Of a stretch of DNA of 64,000 nucleotides, positions 13,957 through 29,447 are shown piece by piece (the stretch's first letter is position 1; the number at the start of each line of letters is the position of its first letter). This DNA is from the human T2T-CHM13v2.0 reference genome, Homo sapiens: assembly GCF_009914755.1 (NCBI RefSeq), contig NC_060941.1; one strand, written 5' to 3'. The notes below the pieces were generated by a model, which was not told the DNA's origin, did not search any database, and saw only the letters and a list, made by a program, of their open reading frames with translations. A program made the translations under genes and the position numbers.

Positions 13957-16900
13957 GTAATTCCTCCCCTGGGGATTTTGGGGAGCCCCTGGTTCCCGCA
14001 GGCGTCGGGGCCCCATGTCCTGCCCCAGATTGGTGCTGCGGGAGGGGACTGGGTACCGGGAGGCTTCCGACGGGAACCCGGGGTTTCCTGGGCTTCCCAA
14101 CTCGCTGCCGCCGTGTCCAGGGTGGGGGAGCCCCGTCTGTGAGTCTGCCTGCGCCGTGTCTTCGCGCGCAGCCTTGAGGCGTCTGGGGCCGTCTGCTGCG
14201 CGTGTCCCCCGCGCTCGAGCTGTTGCAGAACCGCCGCTGGGAACTTCTGTTCTTTTTCTCTTTAATGATAAGCAAAACAAAAAGACTTGAATTCAAACCT
14301 GTTTGGGGAGAGATCGGATGCTCAACGGACTAGCCCCCTCTCTTTTTCCCTCCTGTTATCTGAGCTGCCCTGTGGTTTGGGGAGAATCAGCCAGGGGGCC
14401 CACTCCCACCAGAGGGAGCCGGCCGGGGGCCGGGCCGGTTCAGCTGGTGTCCCCCGTGGAGTGAGGGGAACCGTCAGAATTGGGTGCGGGAGCCAATGCA
14501 GTATGTGTGTAGGGGTGTTCCTGGGTCTTGTGCCACCATGGGGTGTGGGAACTTTTTGGGGTGAGGGGAAGACGGAATAGACTGACTTGTCGACTTTGCT
14601 CTGCTGAGGGTGTCTGGGACCTGGTGCCACCCACGAGGCTTGGAAGCTGCTGGCCAGATGTGTGTGTGAGCCTGTTGTGGGGTTGGGGGGACGGCTGGGA
14701 AATGAGCTTGGCTATGTCCCCTCATCTCCTCTCTGGGCACTGGCCTATTGTCAGGCTGCTCCTTGCGAAAGGAAAGACAGGCCTCCAGTGTGCTAGGGTG
14801 GGGATGGGGACCAACTAACCCGGAAACCAGACAGAAGAGCTCCCCAGCCTTGGAGATGTTTCTGCACCCTCCATCCTGTCTTGGATCAGATGCCCAGTGT
14901 GATGGCCTGGAAGGGTACCTCCTGCCCCCTCTGGCTCTGTCTTCTGTAACCAGGTTGCCTTCTGTCTGATGGCTGTGTGCACATATGTGTATGTAGATAT
15001 TCTTGGAAAGGATTGTTTCTGAGAACACCCCCCGACCCCCCCACCCCCTGCTGCTTACCCCAAGGATCACTTCTGCCCCTGACACTCCCCCTCCTCAGTT
15101 TCCTGGCCAAGACATTCTGGGATGTCTCTTATACCCTTCTCTGGTTGCAGTCTTCATAGGGCAAGATTGTTTTGGGGGAAGTGGTTCTGTAAGGACCTTC
15201 CAGGTCTTGCTAGGAAATTGGACCTCAGGCCCCAAACTCTCCTACAGGGCTCCATGAAGAGGCTGTGCCGGGGAAGCCCCGGGTTGGAGTGGGGGTGGCT
15301 TGGAGCCTTGGGGCTTCCCCTGGAGGGGGCCGGGGGGGGCGGGTAGAGATGAGGCTGGGGGAAGGAACAAGAGAAAAAATATTTGGAGTTGGTTGTATGA
15401 TGCTTCTTCCTGGAGGAATAAGAGGGGGTGGTTGTGGAGTCAGGGAGTTTGTGGCTGTGAAAAATGGTATGCTGGAGGGAGCTGGGACATCAGTACTGCC
15501 TGGGAGTCTGGACCATGTGGTGTCCTGAAAGAGAGGTCAGGAGGGTCAGACTGGAGTAGCCTCTTGGGAGCTGAGGATCTTGGATTTGCAAGGATTTTGA
15601 GGGTGTGATTGAGTGTATATGAGGTGTCACTGCAGGGGTTTCACCATCAGACTGGCGACGGTGGCACAGATGCAGTGGCAGTTCTGAGAAGATCCTGGGG
15701 TTGAAATGGCTTAATCCTGGCCACATCCTCCTTCCTATAGCCCCTAAATCTCTATCCCTTCAGTCTGACCCTAAATGCACCGGCTGCCACCCTGGGACAC
15801 CTTTTTAGTCCCCTTCCTACTCCCAACCTTGAGGCAGCCTGGCAGGAAGCCAGCTGTGGGCAGCCCCATCCTGATCACCCATGTGCCTCCCCCGCTGGGC
15901 ACAGTCACCCACACATGCCATGACGTGGTTCCTGCCACCCCATCTAAGTATGGGGGAGAGGACATTGTCTGAGTGGCCCCTCAGGTCTGTTTTGGGGACA
16001 TTCACCCAGACCCCAGCTAATGCGCGCCCCTTCCCCTAAACCATTTAGTCTTGGAAGCTGACTCTGCCCTCTGGGACCTTTTCTTCCAGGCCACTCCTTG
16101 CTCAGACTCCAGTCTCAGGTGGGATGGTCCTCAGAACCGTGTGATGTGACGGTGGGGCCTGTCCCAAAATACAAACCCCAATGCCCAGTTTCCAGTCCTC
16201 TTGGAAGCATGGGCAGGACAGGACTTAGGCTAGGCTGGAGGGGTGGTTTCTTTTGACCTCTGTGGGGTCTATTAATATTTGGGAGCACTGCCTGGGATCT
16301 GGGGTGATAGGCATCTGGGGATGGTAATCCTGTCCCTGCGACAAATAAGCGGGGTAATCTCCGCTTGCTCAGTACCCACACCCATCTTGTGTCGGTAGTT
16401 TTGGGAGTGTGGGAAGCTGGCAGGGCCCCTGGCAAGATGACCAGTGTTGTCTTGACTTACTGGGTTTTGGGAAAGGAGTATGGCAACTGATACCCCGGCT
16501 CCCAGGGCTTTGGCTGAACATTCTCTCTGACGCCTGCTGTCTTTCCTCCCTCTACTCCCCTCTCCACCCTCTGGCTGCTGTCTGGAGCCCACACAGTTTG
16601 TGGGGGGATGCACGGTGGGGGGCAGGGCCTGGATCTCCGTGTGTGTCCAGGGAGTATTCTGGGAATTGGCAGGATTGGCTGAGGGTGTCTTGGTGTCCCC
16701 GCAGGGTGGGCGGCATGTGGGGACCTAGTGTGAGAATGTGTCAGCGTTGGTGTGTCTGTCCCCAGTCTGGCTCGGGTGTGGGTGTCTCGGGTGTGGGTGT
16801 CTCTTGCTTCGTCTGGATCTTGCCTCCCGCTCCAGTCCCGCCCTCCCCTCGCTCCCCCCTAGCTGGGACCGCCTGCTTGCTTTCCCTCTCTCCCCACAAC

Positions 16901-17998
16901 TGGAGCCTCCCTTGCCTGTTCCTGGAATTTGGAGAGGAGGAGGAGGAGGAAGAGGCAGGCAGACAGACCTCCCACACTCTAGCCCGCCCACCTGGCATCA
17001 TGGGGAAATGAAATAGGTGCTATGGAACTACATTTTCCCTGGCTTCCCTAGACCCTCCAGCACACATCATGAGGGCCAGGGGCCAGCTCTTATGGAAAGG
17101 CCATGGGCTGTCCATCCCTCTGGCCAGTGACACCTCCTTCTACTTAACATCCTGCCCCAAAGGGCCCCTGCTGGACCTCCAGGCACCACTGTCAGCCTGG
17201 GGAGCCGGTGGGGGGATTAGGCTGCTGCCAGGCTGGCCCGCACCTGTTGCCAACCCCAGCCCTATAACTGGAGCTTGCTAGGGAGGGGGCTGCAGAATGA
17301 CAGGTGTAATTTCTGCAGCTAGGCAACTCCACCCCCCCAACTGGATATGCCTTTCCCTTCTGCCGGAACAAGGGAAGACTTCCCCTTCGCCACTCCAAGT
17401 GTCAACCTGATCTTATGGATGATGCCCCTGTCCTGCCTGATGACCCCCACCCCCATCCCTGGCTGCAGAGCTGGGCTGCCCTCCTTCAAGTTTTCAGAGC
17501 TGTGCTGCCCTGGCAGGGCTAGGGGTGTGGGGGTGTGTAGATGGGGGTGGTTCTCTGTTAATGTTTTAATTGCCTAAAAACTGGGAGCTCAGCTCTGGGC
17601 CAGTGGGGAGTCTGGGTCTGGCTGGCCGCCCGGTTTGGGCTAAATATAGTCTGGGACATCTGCAGAGAAGGGGAGGGGGGTGGAGGGAGGTTCCATTCCC
17701 CCACCTTCAGCCAAGGTGCCCTCGTCTGGGCGGGCACCTTGGAGCAGTGAGGGGGATTCCTCAAGCACAAAAGGCAGGGGAGAAGTGGCAGGGAAGAGGT
17801 GGCAGGGGAGAGGTGGCAGGGGCTAGGCACAGTTGGGACCTTGCTTGCCTGGAGGCCAGTAGATGCCGGAGATGAACCTGGAGGCTCAGGACAGGGCAAG
17901 AGTGGGGCACGCCGGGGCTGGGTCCTCTGGCTGTTCCCTCTCCCCACAGAGTTACTTGAGGTCAGGCAGTCTCCATGTGTCACTGTACCCCGCAGGCA

Positions 17999-18013
17999 GT
18001 GTCACCGTGACCC
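17999..18013. promoter_or_regulatory. Intron-1 estrogen response element GTGTCAccgTGACCC
   Basis: One mismatch from the GGTCAnnnTGACC palindrome; an ER-bound intronic ERE in RARA intron 1 is established. Confidence 0.7.
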
Positions 18014-20478
18014 ACTCGCTGTGTGTCTGTGTGTACACACCTACCTTGGAGTGGCTTTATCCCGGCCCTCCCCCCGGAGCCTCTGTCCCCTGGGTCCTAC
18101 CGCAGGTCCTCAGCCCTCCTTCCCTCTGTCCCTCGCCCTACAGTGAAACCTTCAGCCCAGGAATCGAGACTTGAGAAGGGGAAGCTGCGGTGGGGAGTTC
18201 TCTGATCTCCAGTCACGGCAGGAAGTGGAAAAGAGGGGGGTTAAGGGGGGGACCCATGAGTGGCAGGCAGGGAGGGAGAGCCCTGTCAGTCCTGTGACCC
18301 ACTGTGCAGATCAAGGAGGGGTTGGCCCCCTTCCTAGTGGTCCCCCTTCCCTCCAGCTCCAGGTAGGAGAAACCTGGGGGACAGCTGATTCCCCAGGGGG
18401 TGCAAACAATCTTCATCACCCCCCCAACACTAAGAAAAAAAATGTCTTCCTGTCACGTGGCTGTCACTTCCTGTCCCACTGTGGTTCCTGGGATGTTTGT
18501 TGTTGGTTGCCATGGTGATGTCTGCCGTGGGCACTACCCCTGGTTCTTGTGGGGAAGGAGCTACCCCTCCCCACCAGGCTGGGGGGGTACTTGGGGGACT
18601 TGACTAGGGGGTCCTTTCAGGCTGAGTGTGTGTGGTCTCTGATGCCCCAGATTCCCCAGGACCCCCCAGACTTCTGTCTGTGGGGAGGAGTCACTGCCAC
18701 CTACTCAGACTGAGTGCTGGGGAGACTGTGACCGCATCTGGCTGTGCCTGACCGTGGCTGTGACTTTGTGAGTCTGACTGATTTTGCAGCCCTTGTCCCC
18801 TCTGGCCGGGGTTCCTCTCGCTCATAGAGATGCCCATTCAGGGAACCTCTGTGCTCCCTATCTGTCCTCATATACAGTTCTGGAGCCTGCTCCCATCCTG
18901 TGTTCTGATGGAAACCACCTTCCCCAGGGAGTTTCTGTGGCTTCCTGGACTCCAGGCTGGAGTGTCAAGGGGCTGTGGGGCAGGGTCCTAGGTTGCATGT
19001 GTTTGGGGCTGGGGAGGTGGGGGCTCTGCAGACTATGCCTTCCCCTGCACACACAGCCTGCACCCGCTTCTCCCTTGTCTGGCAGGTGCTCTTCTCTAAG
19101 GGGAAGGCCATGGGGATCTGTGACCTATTATCCCTATCCACCTGTGGGCTTCCCTGTTCAGCTGGGGATGGTGAGGGGAAGAGATTCCCCCTAGTTCTAG
19201 CCCCAACTGAGTAGGCGGGTGTGGAGTAGGAAGTTGCTTGGGGGGGGGTCAATGGGTCGGACGGGGGGTATGGGGCAGGGCACAGTCTGACTCAGGCCTG
19301 GTCTGGGGTCAGAGCCAAAAGGATATCCTGAGGCAGGACTTGGTGGGGGGGTGTATTCCTGGATTCCCTGCAGCGTGGGTCCCCAGGGTGGGATGCTGAG
19401 AGGGGGCTGGTACCATCTAGTCCTGCTGGCAGTTTGCCCTGGGACTCAGAATATGGCATACGCAGGGTTGGGCTGAGCTGAGGGGAGGGGTGAGGGCTGC
19501 TGCAGCCTATCTCCCCACCCTGGCCCTGCCTGTATCTCTGTAAGCTGTCCCCCCATTGTGAGAGAGCTGTGCTTCCTGCTTGGTAGCATGGAGGGGAGGT
19601 AGTGGTGAGGGGGCAGCTGCCAAGGTGTGAGGGTGGGGAAAGCCCCGTGCCAGGCTGGATGTGAGGTCGGTGGTTTCCAAGCTAGGGGGTCCCCTTTTGT
19701 CTGTGCCCCTTTGGTCCCTCACCCAACAGAGCTGCCTGCGTATGGTCCACACATTTCTGTGGTCTGGCTGTGGCCTCAGTAGGCTCATCTCTTCCTCTTC
19801 CCATTTTTTTTTTCCTTCCCTGTGGGTTGGTCCCTCTTCTTGAGGCCTGAATTACCCCCTGCCCTTTCACCTACTCGTTGCTTGGAGTAGGGAGGCTTCA
19901 GTTCTGGTTCTAGGTGGACCTCTCAGACACCCTGGGCTTCAGAGGTCCTGACCATGTCCCCCGGGGGATCTGGGGTATGGCCCCTGGGGATGGAGGAGTT
20001 GGGAGCACAGCCCTGACCAGCAGAGACCCCCACTTCCTCCTCCTAGAACCTGGACTGCCCCGAGCTTGGATTGTCCAGTCACCCTTTCTGCCTGGTATCC
20101 AGTCACTGGTGAGATTATGGCGTGTGGGGGTCCTGCAGCTCTGTGTAGCTGGGGAAAAACCCTGGGCTGAGTGGAGTACAAGCTGTGGAGACATTGGACC
20201 TATTCTTTTGGGACAAGGCACTGTGTCTTGAGGCAATGGGCAGTGGTAGCACCCGGAAGTGAGACACTAGGCTTCCTCCTTCCCCTAACTCCCAAGAGGA
20301 CATGCTTATGGCCTGCACTGACTAGGGCAGATTTTCAAACCAGTCCTAGCTCTAGCAAGGCTGGCCTGGGGTTCTGTGGGGTTGGTGGGGAAGAGGCACC
20401 CTCCAGCTATCCCAGCCACCCTCAGGTGATCCTTCTCCAGCCCTCCTAGGGAAGCCTCTTTTAAAATGAGGCTGGGCT

Positions 20479-21228
<750 letters not shown>

Positions 21229-21819
21229 CTAGAATGCTTAGGAAACCCCCAGTCTCCCCTTCTTTTAAGCTCCCCAATACTTTTCCCCTTCTCTCAGCCC
21301 CTCTGAGACTGCCTGACCTCTATTTCTTGGGAACCGTTGTTTTGGGGGAGACTGGAGAACAGAGAGAATGAATGAGGAAGAGAGGTTGGGGCCAGTCCCG
21401 GCTGAGTTTGGGGTCCCCTGCTCTTCTGTCCTGAGTATAAGGGAGGAAATGGTCTATTTCTCTTCCCCTTCTCCCCTCCCTAAATCCAAAGGTTTCCCTT
21501 TTTTGGTTTGTGAAATGAAAGAAGGGAATTTGGGAATGGGTTGTGGTCAGGCCTCCACCCACACCCCGAATATCCCTTTCCCCACATCCCTCTCCTCCAT
21601 CCGAGGGAAGCAGACCCTGGGAAATGGGTAATTCTCCCTCCTGGCCCCGTCAACAGATGTTGCCCTGGGTGGGGTGAGGCAAGGGAAAGCAGGCCGACTG
21701 CTGAGGGGCACCAAGGTGGTGGCAAGAGGCATGGGGATGGAGGGCTCCAGTTGCCCGGGCCTCCCCTGTGCCAAGCTCTGGTCTGGGTGCTTTCCAGGAC
21801 TTCCTGTCTGAAATCGCAC

Positions 21820-21930
21820 AGCTCGTTGTTGAGGTAGGCAGTTCACAGGCGAGTAAACAGATGCTTAGAGAGGTTAAGTGACTTGCGTAAGGTCACCCAG
21901 AGTGGCAGAGCTGAGATTTGACCCTTCCGA
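21820..21930 (-). mobile_element. MIR fragment
   Basis: AGAGAGGTTAAGTGACTTGC...AAGGTCAC...GGCAGAGCTGAGATTTGA. Confidence 0.75.
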
Positions 21931-23924
21931 CTTCTGGTTCTTTCTCCCATCTTCGTGGCTCAGAAAGCTCTCACCTTTTTCTCTAGGTGTGTGACTCTGG
22001 GGTGTAACGCGTGGGCAGCTAGGGATGCTGATGCTGGAGAAGGGATCCTGGCACCTTCTGAGGGTGAGAGCGGCCCCAGTGGGCAGGAGTGTGGGGCTGG
22101 TTGCAGGTGCTCTAGCCCCCTACCCCTTTTTCTGCTGTGCTTAGGCTAGGCTCCATATATTGGAGGTGTGGGCCTGTGGTTTTCTCTCTCTCAGGGGAGG
22201 GTGCCCGTGGGCAGTGGAGGTGGCTGGCATAGGGTGGAGGTTGGATGTGGGTAGTTTGTTTTCCCTCTCTTTGGTACTGGTTTCGATTCTCTGCCGAGGC
22301 CTTCTCCACCCCTGGGGTGTAGGGGGCTGGGGCCCAGGTGTCTCTCTGAGGGTCATAGCTTCTGATGGACCTTCTGAGGCAGAGTCTGTGCCCTTTTGGG
22401 CCCACCCTGGTCATCCCTACCCTTGCCCATCCCTGTTCTCTGGTCTTTCTGGCCCTTGGCCTATTTCTGTGACCTTTAGCCCTCCTGCGGCTCAAGGCCC
22501 TCCCCAGGGAGCTGAGTAAATTTGCACTGAAATTTGCAGGCAGAGCTGGGTTAGGCTTTTTGGAGGCTCTGATAGGGGTCTGGGGAGGCCTTCCAGCCTT
22601 GCCCTGTAGTGTGTGTGGGTGGTGGGCTGGGGGTGAGGTGGGGGTAGTGGGGATTGAAGTTTGATTCAATTTCAAACTCCACTGGGGCAGAGTTGAGGTG
22701 GCTGTGGTTTTCTCTTCTCTGGGAGCAAGGGTGGGTTCCAGAGGGTCCAGGCTGGACTGACTAAACTGGCCTCCCGACCCCCAAAGGCTGGGTCAGGATG
22801 CCTGAGATCTGGAGTGATGGCTTTCTGGGCCTCAGCGTGGGTTACAGAGGCCTCACTTTGGGTTAGCTGCCCCTTGGGCCTCACCTTGAGAGAGGCAGGC
22901 CTCTGTGGATGTGAATTCACCTGAGTGTTTGTGGACCTGGTGCATGGGCTGGGCCCACAGGGAGGACCTCAGAGCATCTTCTGGCAGAAGCAGCAGGTAC
23001 AAGGGCCACCCTGGCTGTGTGAGGTTCGGAGAATGTACAGTTTGGGAGACTGTGGGGCTGTGGTTGTGTCTTTGGGGAGCTGTGTACTGGGGCCCATGCA
23101 TGCAGTTTCTGAGCTGTGTTCATTGTGTGGTGGAGCCCAGGTGTGGAGAGATGGTATCTCCAGGTTCCTTCTCCTCACATGCATGCCTGCACACACACAG
23201 GCTGGGGCTGCAGGCGTGCTCTTGCCCACCCAGATGTTTTCTGTAGACCTGCATGCATGAGTTTGTATGTGTATTTGTGTGTGAGGGTCCAACTGTAGGA
23301 ACTGATGAGGTTCTGCCAGCCTCTTCTTCCCTTGCATGGCTCCCCCAGCTCCAGTTCCCGTTGTGTGGGGCCCCACAGGAGTTGGGAGGGGGCCAGGGCG
23401 GCAACTGGTCCAGTGGGTGGGGCCCCTGTTCCTCTGACATCAGCCCTCTCAGCCTAGGAGGGAATTGGCAGGGGCCTGGGGTAGGAAGGGAGCTCTTTAT
23501 TCAGGAGTGAGGAGAGAGGCCCTATGATTGTCATAATGAGTAACAGTAAAAATCGTGGTTATTAGCAAGGTCCAGATTTTACTCCTGGGGCAGCCTCCCC
23601 TCCCTAGCCCAGTACCTGTCCCCTCCCACCCTCTCTCCCTCAGTTCCACACAGGCTGGCTGGCTCAGCTGGGCCAGAATTCCTGGCCTCTTCCACAGTGG
23701 CCTTGGCAGGAACTCCCCCTTCCCAGGCCTGGTCTTCAACCAAATGCTGGCCATGTGCTTGTCCCCTGGACTCCAGATTTGAGGCTAGAGTCTGGAGTTC
23801 AGAGCTTGGAACCTAGTGTAGCCTGAGCTTGGGGTGGAGTGGCAAGGTATAGGGGGTGTTGGAAATGGACAGTCCTTATTTTGAGTCTCTGTGGCCCTGT
23901 TTCTTTTCTTTCTTTCCTCTTCTT

Positions 23925-24650
23925 TTTAAAACAGCTTTATTGAGATATAATTCACATACCATAAAATTTACCCATTAAAGTGTACAATTCAGTGGTTTTA
24001 GTATATTCAGAGTTGTGCAACTACCACCACAATCAATTTTAGAACACTTTCATCACCCCAGAAAGAGCCCCCATACCCAGCAACAGTCACTTCCCATATT
24101 CCTCAAATCCACGCCCCAGCTCCTGGTAACCACAAGTCTGCTTTCTGTCTCTATAAATGTGCCTATCCTGGATATTTCATATAAATGGAATCCTACAATA
24201 CATGGTCTTTGTAACCGGTATAATGTTTTCAAGGAATATCCATATCATAGTATCAGTACTTCATTCTTTTTTTGGCAGAATAATGTTCCATTGTAGGGAC
24301 ATACAACATTTTATTTATTCGTCAGTTGATGGACTTTTGGGTTGATTCCACTTTTTGACTATTAGGAATAACGCTGCTGTGAATGTTCATGTATAAGTCT
24401 TTCTGTGGACTTACGTTGTCATATCTCTTGGGTAGATACCTAGGAGTAGAATTGCTGGGTCATATGCCATCGCTGTGTTTAACCTTTTGAGGAACTGCCA
24501 AACTGTTTTCCAAAACAGCTATTCTATTTTACATTCCCACCAGCAATATATGAGGATTCCAATTTCTCCACATCCTCGCCAGTACTTGTTATTATCTGTC
24601 TTTCTTATTAGAGCTAGCCTAGTGGGTATGAAGTGGTATCTCATTGTGCT
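23925..24650 (-). mobile_element. LINE-1 3' end fragment (L1MB-like)
   Basis: CAGCTTTATTGAGATATAATTCACATACCATAA...ACCTAGGAGTAGAATTGCTGGGTCATATG...CATTCCCACCAGCAAT typical of the antisense L1M 3' region. Confidence 0.88.
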
Positions 24651-25263
<613 letters not shown>

Positions 25264-26367
25264 CTCATTGTGCTTTTGATTGGCCATGTTTCTTTTTGTC
25301 TGTCTCTTTTCTTTTGTCTTTCATATATGTATTTTTCATATATAAATACATGCATATGTATTTATATATAACCTGTACCCAAAATGGATTTGAAACATCC
25401 TCTTGTCCTCGTATGGATATGTTCTTCGTGTTCTCTCTCTTTGCTCTTGTTGCTGCCTATCTGTCTCACTGTGTTATGGAATCTCTGGGTTCATCTCTGT
25501 CTCTGTCTCTACCCCATGGTATTATCTGTGCATATCCTCTGGTGCCAGCTGTTCAAACAGGGTGTGGATCTGTATTCACACTGGTGAAGGGGGCATCTGG
25601 CCTTTCATCTTCTGCCCACCTCCCACCCCAGTTCATGTGTTTTGCTTCTGCAGACAGAAGTATGTGGGTGAACCTTGAGATCAATCTCTCCTTCATTGCC
25701 TGGGGGTAGGAGGCTTCCTGGGCGGTCCTTGCCCTCCTACACATCGCCTACCCCTGGACCATCCATGCTGTTAAGCATTGGAGGTGATACCTAGGAGTCC
25801 TTGGTTCCCATTTTCCTATTAGTGTGTACGTAAATGGGCCTCCTCCCAGGGCCTGTGGGACAAACCCGTCTGGGGTGCTGGGGCTTGGATCTGGGGGGGA
25901 AGTGGTGTAAGAGGGGCCCCCTGGCTTAGGAGTCATTTTTCTGAGAAGTGCCAATGCTTTAGGGAAGCGGCTTTTCCTCCCCCTCCCTCTTCCCCCCCAG
26001 CACACGTTCTCTGCATCTTGACCTCAGGTAACCCTCACTGGGGGAAGGAGGGCCAGCTGCCCGTTTCTGCTGCAGTGATCCCTTGAGGTGGCACTGTGGA
26101 CCCTTTCCCCTCAGGACTGTGGGTGAGAGGCCCTCCAAGGTTCTGGGCTCTGTCCCTGTCTCCCCAGCCTGGCTGTGCTATCTGCCACCCCCAGCAGTGT
26201 CTGGGCCCTGCTTCCAGGTCATCTCTGCCAGCCAGGCATGGTGCCAGCTGTCTGCTCAGCTGGGTGCCACGGGAAAATCTCCGGCAGCCCAGGTTGGGGA
26301 GCTCCACGGGGAATGCCTGTGTGCCTGTTCTTCAGTGCCCACTCACCTGTCTTTCTTTTTTCTGCAG

Positions 26368-26729
26368 CATCACAGGACATGGCCCCCTCAGCCACCTAGC
26401 TGGGGCCCATCTAGGAGTGGCATCTTTTTTGGTGCCCTGAAGGCCAGCTCTGGACCTTCCCAGGAAAAGTGCCAGCTCACAGAACTGCTTGACCAAAGGA
26501 CCGGCTCTTGAGACATCCCCCAACCCACCTGGCCCCCAGCTAGGGTGGGGGCTCCAGGAGACTGAGATTAGCCTGCCCTCTTTGGACAGCAGCTCCAGGA
26601 CAGGGCGGGTGGGCTGACCACCCAAACCCCATCTGGGCCCAGGCCCCATGCCCCGAGGAGGGGTGGTCTGAAGCCCACCAGAGCCCCCTGCCAGACTGTC
26701 TGCCTCCCTTCTGACTGTGGCCGCTTGGC
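26368..26729 (+). other. RARA: RARA exon 2 5'UTR portion
   Basis: Acceptor TTCTTTTTTCTGCAG|CATC at 26367/26368. Confidence 0.88.
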
Positions 26730-26907
26730 ATGGCCAGCAACAGCAGCTCCTGCCCGACACCTGGGGGCGGGCACCTCAATGGGTACCCGGTGCCTCCCTA
26801 CGCCTTCTTCTTCCCCCCTATGCTGGGTGGACTCTCCCCGCCAGGCGCTCTGACCACTCTCCAGCACCAGCTTCCAGTTAGTGGATATAGCACACCATCC
26901 CCAGCCA
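26730..26907 (+). CDS. RARA: RARalpha1 coding exon 2 (A region, [30 protein letters not shown]...)
   Basis: Recognised RARalpha1 N-terminus; 178 nt, phase-1 donor CCA|GTAAGT. Confidence 0.97.
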
Positions 26908-28476
26908 GTAAGTCTGGGTGTGGGGGCTGGGGTGGGAAGGGACTGTGGAGGGTGGCAGGCCTCAGAGCTTGGGCTCTGGGCACGTCTGTTCTGCTGTGAG
27001 TGGAAGGCACGGTGAGCGACAAGGTCTTCTCCAGTTGGGGTGACCATCATTTGAGGTCTTAAAAATGAAAGCCCTATGGCCTATAGGCTGATCATGGTGG
27101 TTGTGTTTGAAGTTGGGGGTGGCAGAGGGGGAGATGAAACCATGCTGTTCTGGCCTGCAGTGGCCCTCGCACCCCTCTTCTGTGCTCTGCTGTTGGGGCC
27201 TTATAAATAGCTCCAAGGACTGGACACACAGGTTGGAGGTGGGTAAACAAACCTCTTGACATTTGATGGAAATGGCAGCTCTACCTAGAGTGAGAGCAGC
27301 ACACCACCTACGCCCCACCCCCACTCAGTGCCTCTGAGGGAAAGGGCTTGAAGGAGCAGACCGAGGAAGGCTGGCTGGAACCCCACCTCTCCCCCTGCCA
27401 GCTCCACCCCCGGCCATGCTAGGATGTGCTTCCCTTTGTGGGGAGGATGAGAGGGAGGGGCCCACGGTCTAGCTGGGTGGATAGGGTGAGTGTCCCAGGA
27501 GGGGACACTTGGCCTGGACTCTGGCCTCGGACGCATGCATGGTCTTGGCAGGGCCTGTGTTTTCCTTGCCTCCACCCTCTGCCATGGAGGTCACTTGTTG
27601 GCTGGGCAGGGGTCTCAGTACCCTTCGCCGGCTGGCCGAGCCAGGTAGTGGGAGGTGGCGGCAGCTCTGGCCAGCTGGCAGAGTCCAGGGCTGGGGCCTG
27701 CCAGGCCGCTTACAGTAACTCTGGCCCCCAGGGCCCAGCTGGGCGCCAGGCCAGGGCTGGGGGGAGGAGGGAGCCGGGGCCTGGCCTGGGACGGGAGGGG
27801 GTGGAAGCAGCAGAATGGGCCATGGGCTGCTGGCTGGCCGGCTGGTCAGCTGCTGACCTGGGAAACGTGTCCCCACCTCTCCTGGCCAGCAGGGACTGCA
27901 CACCTTGCCCTGTGCACCCACCACCCCTCTCACGGCTGCTGGCAAGCTGCCTGGCACCACTGCCCTATGTGCCTGGCTGGGCTGGGTCAGTGCCCCCTTC
28001 TCAGTGTGGGGGCAGCGCTCTCTCCCCGGAGCCAGGGAGTCTCTTTGTCCCTGGGGCAGGCCCTGGCTGGGCGCCTCACTGCCCGCACTGGCTGGGTGCC
28101 CACCACCACCACTGCTTCCTGGATCGCCTCCTCTGGCTTAGCTGTGGCCCCCTCCCTCCCAGGCTCCACCAGCCACCAGGAGCAGGGACTCTATGTCTGT
28201 GTTTCTTTGTGTTCCCCGCCCTTTATGCCCTGGGGCCAGGGGGCAGGCAGGTGCTGCCTCAGTTTCTCCTGCCACCCCTTATCAAACCTTCATCTTCTGT
28301 TTCTGCTGTCTCTTCTCTCCACCTCATATAGGAGTATGGGATGGATGGAGTCTGGGGACTCTGATTCTGGTCTGGTCCTATAGTCTGTGTTAGTGATGGG
28401 GAGAGGCCAGCCTCTGGGGTTTGGGGCTACTAGGGAATGCATTGGTGTATCTTTGTAGAATATTCACTGCATTTAA

Positions 28477-29447
<971 letters not shown>

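Larger units (their letters stand above)
13370..14470. promoter_or_regulatory. RARA: RARA P1 CpG-island promoter
   Basis: High CpG density, multiple GC boxes (13632-13702, 13742-13749), inverted CCAAT at 13675-13679, Inr-like TCAGTCT at 13751-13757. Confidence 0.9.

Noticed and set aside
16770-16803. 15-bp duplication CTCGGGTGTGGGTGT; also a 13-bp repeat at ~49730-49762
   Set aside because: Ordinary slippage duplications without spacers; not CRISPR-like or otherwise organised
27426-28383. 301-aa and 242-aa plus-strand ORFs in intron 2
   Set aside because: GTG starts, low-complexity G/P/A/W-rich products, overlapping open frames typical of GC-rich DNA, no recognisable domain
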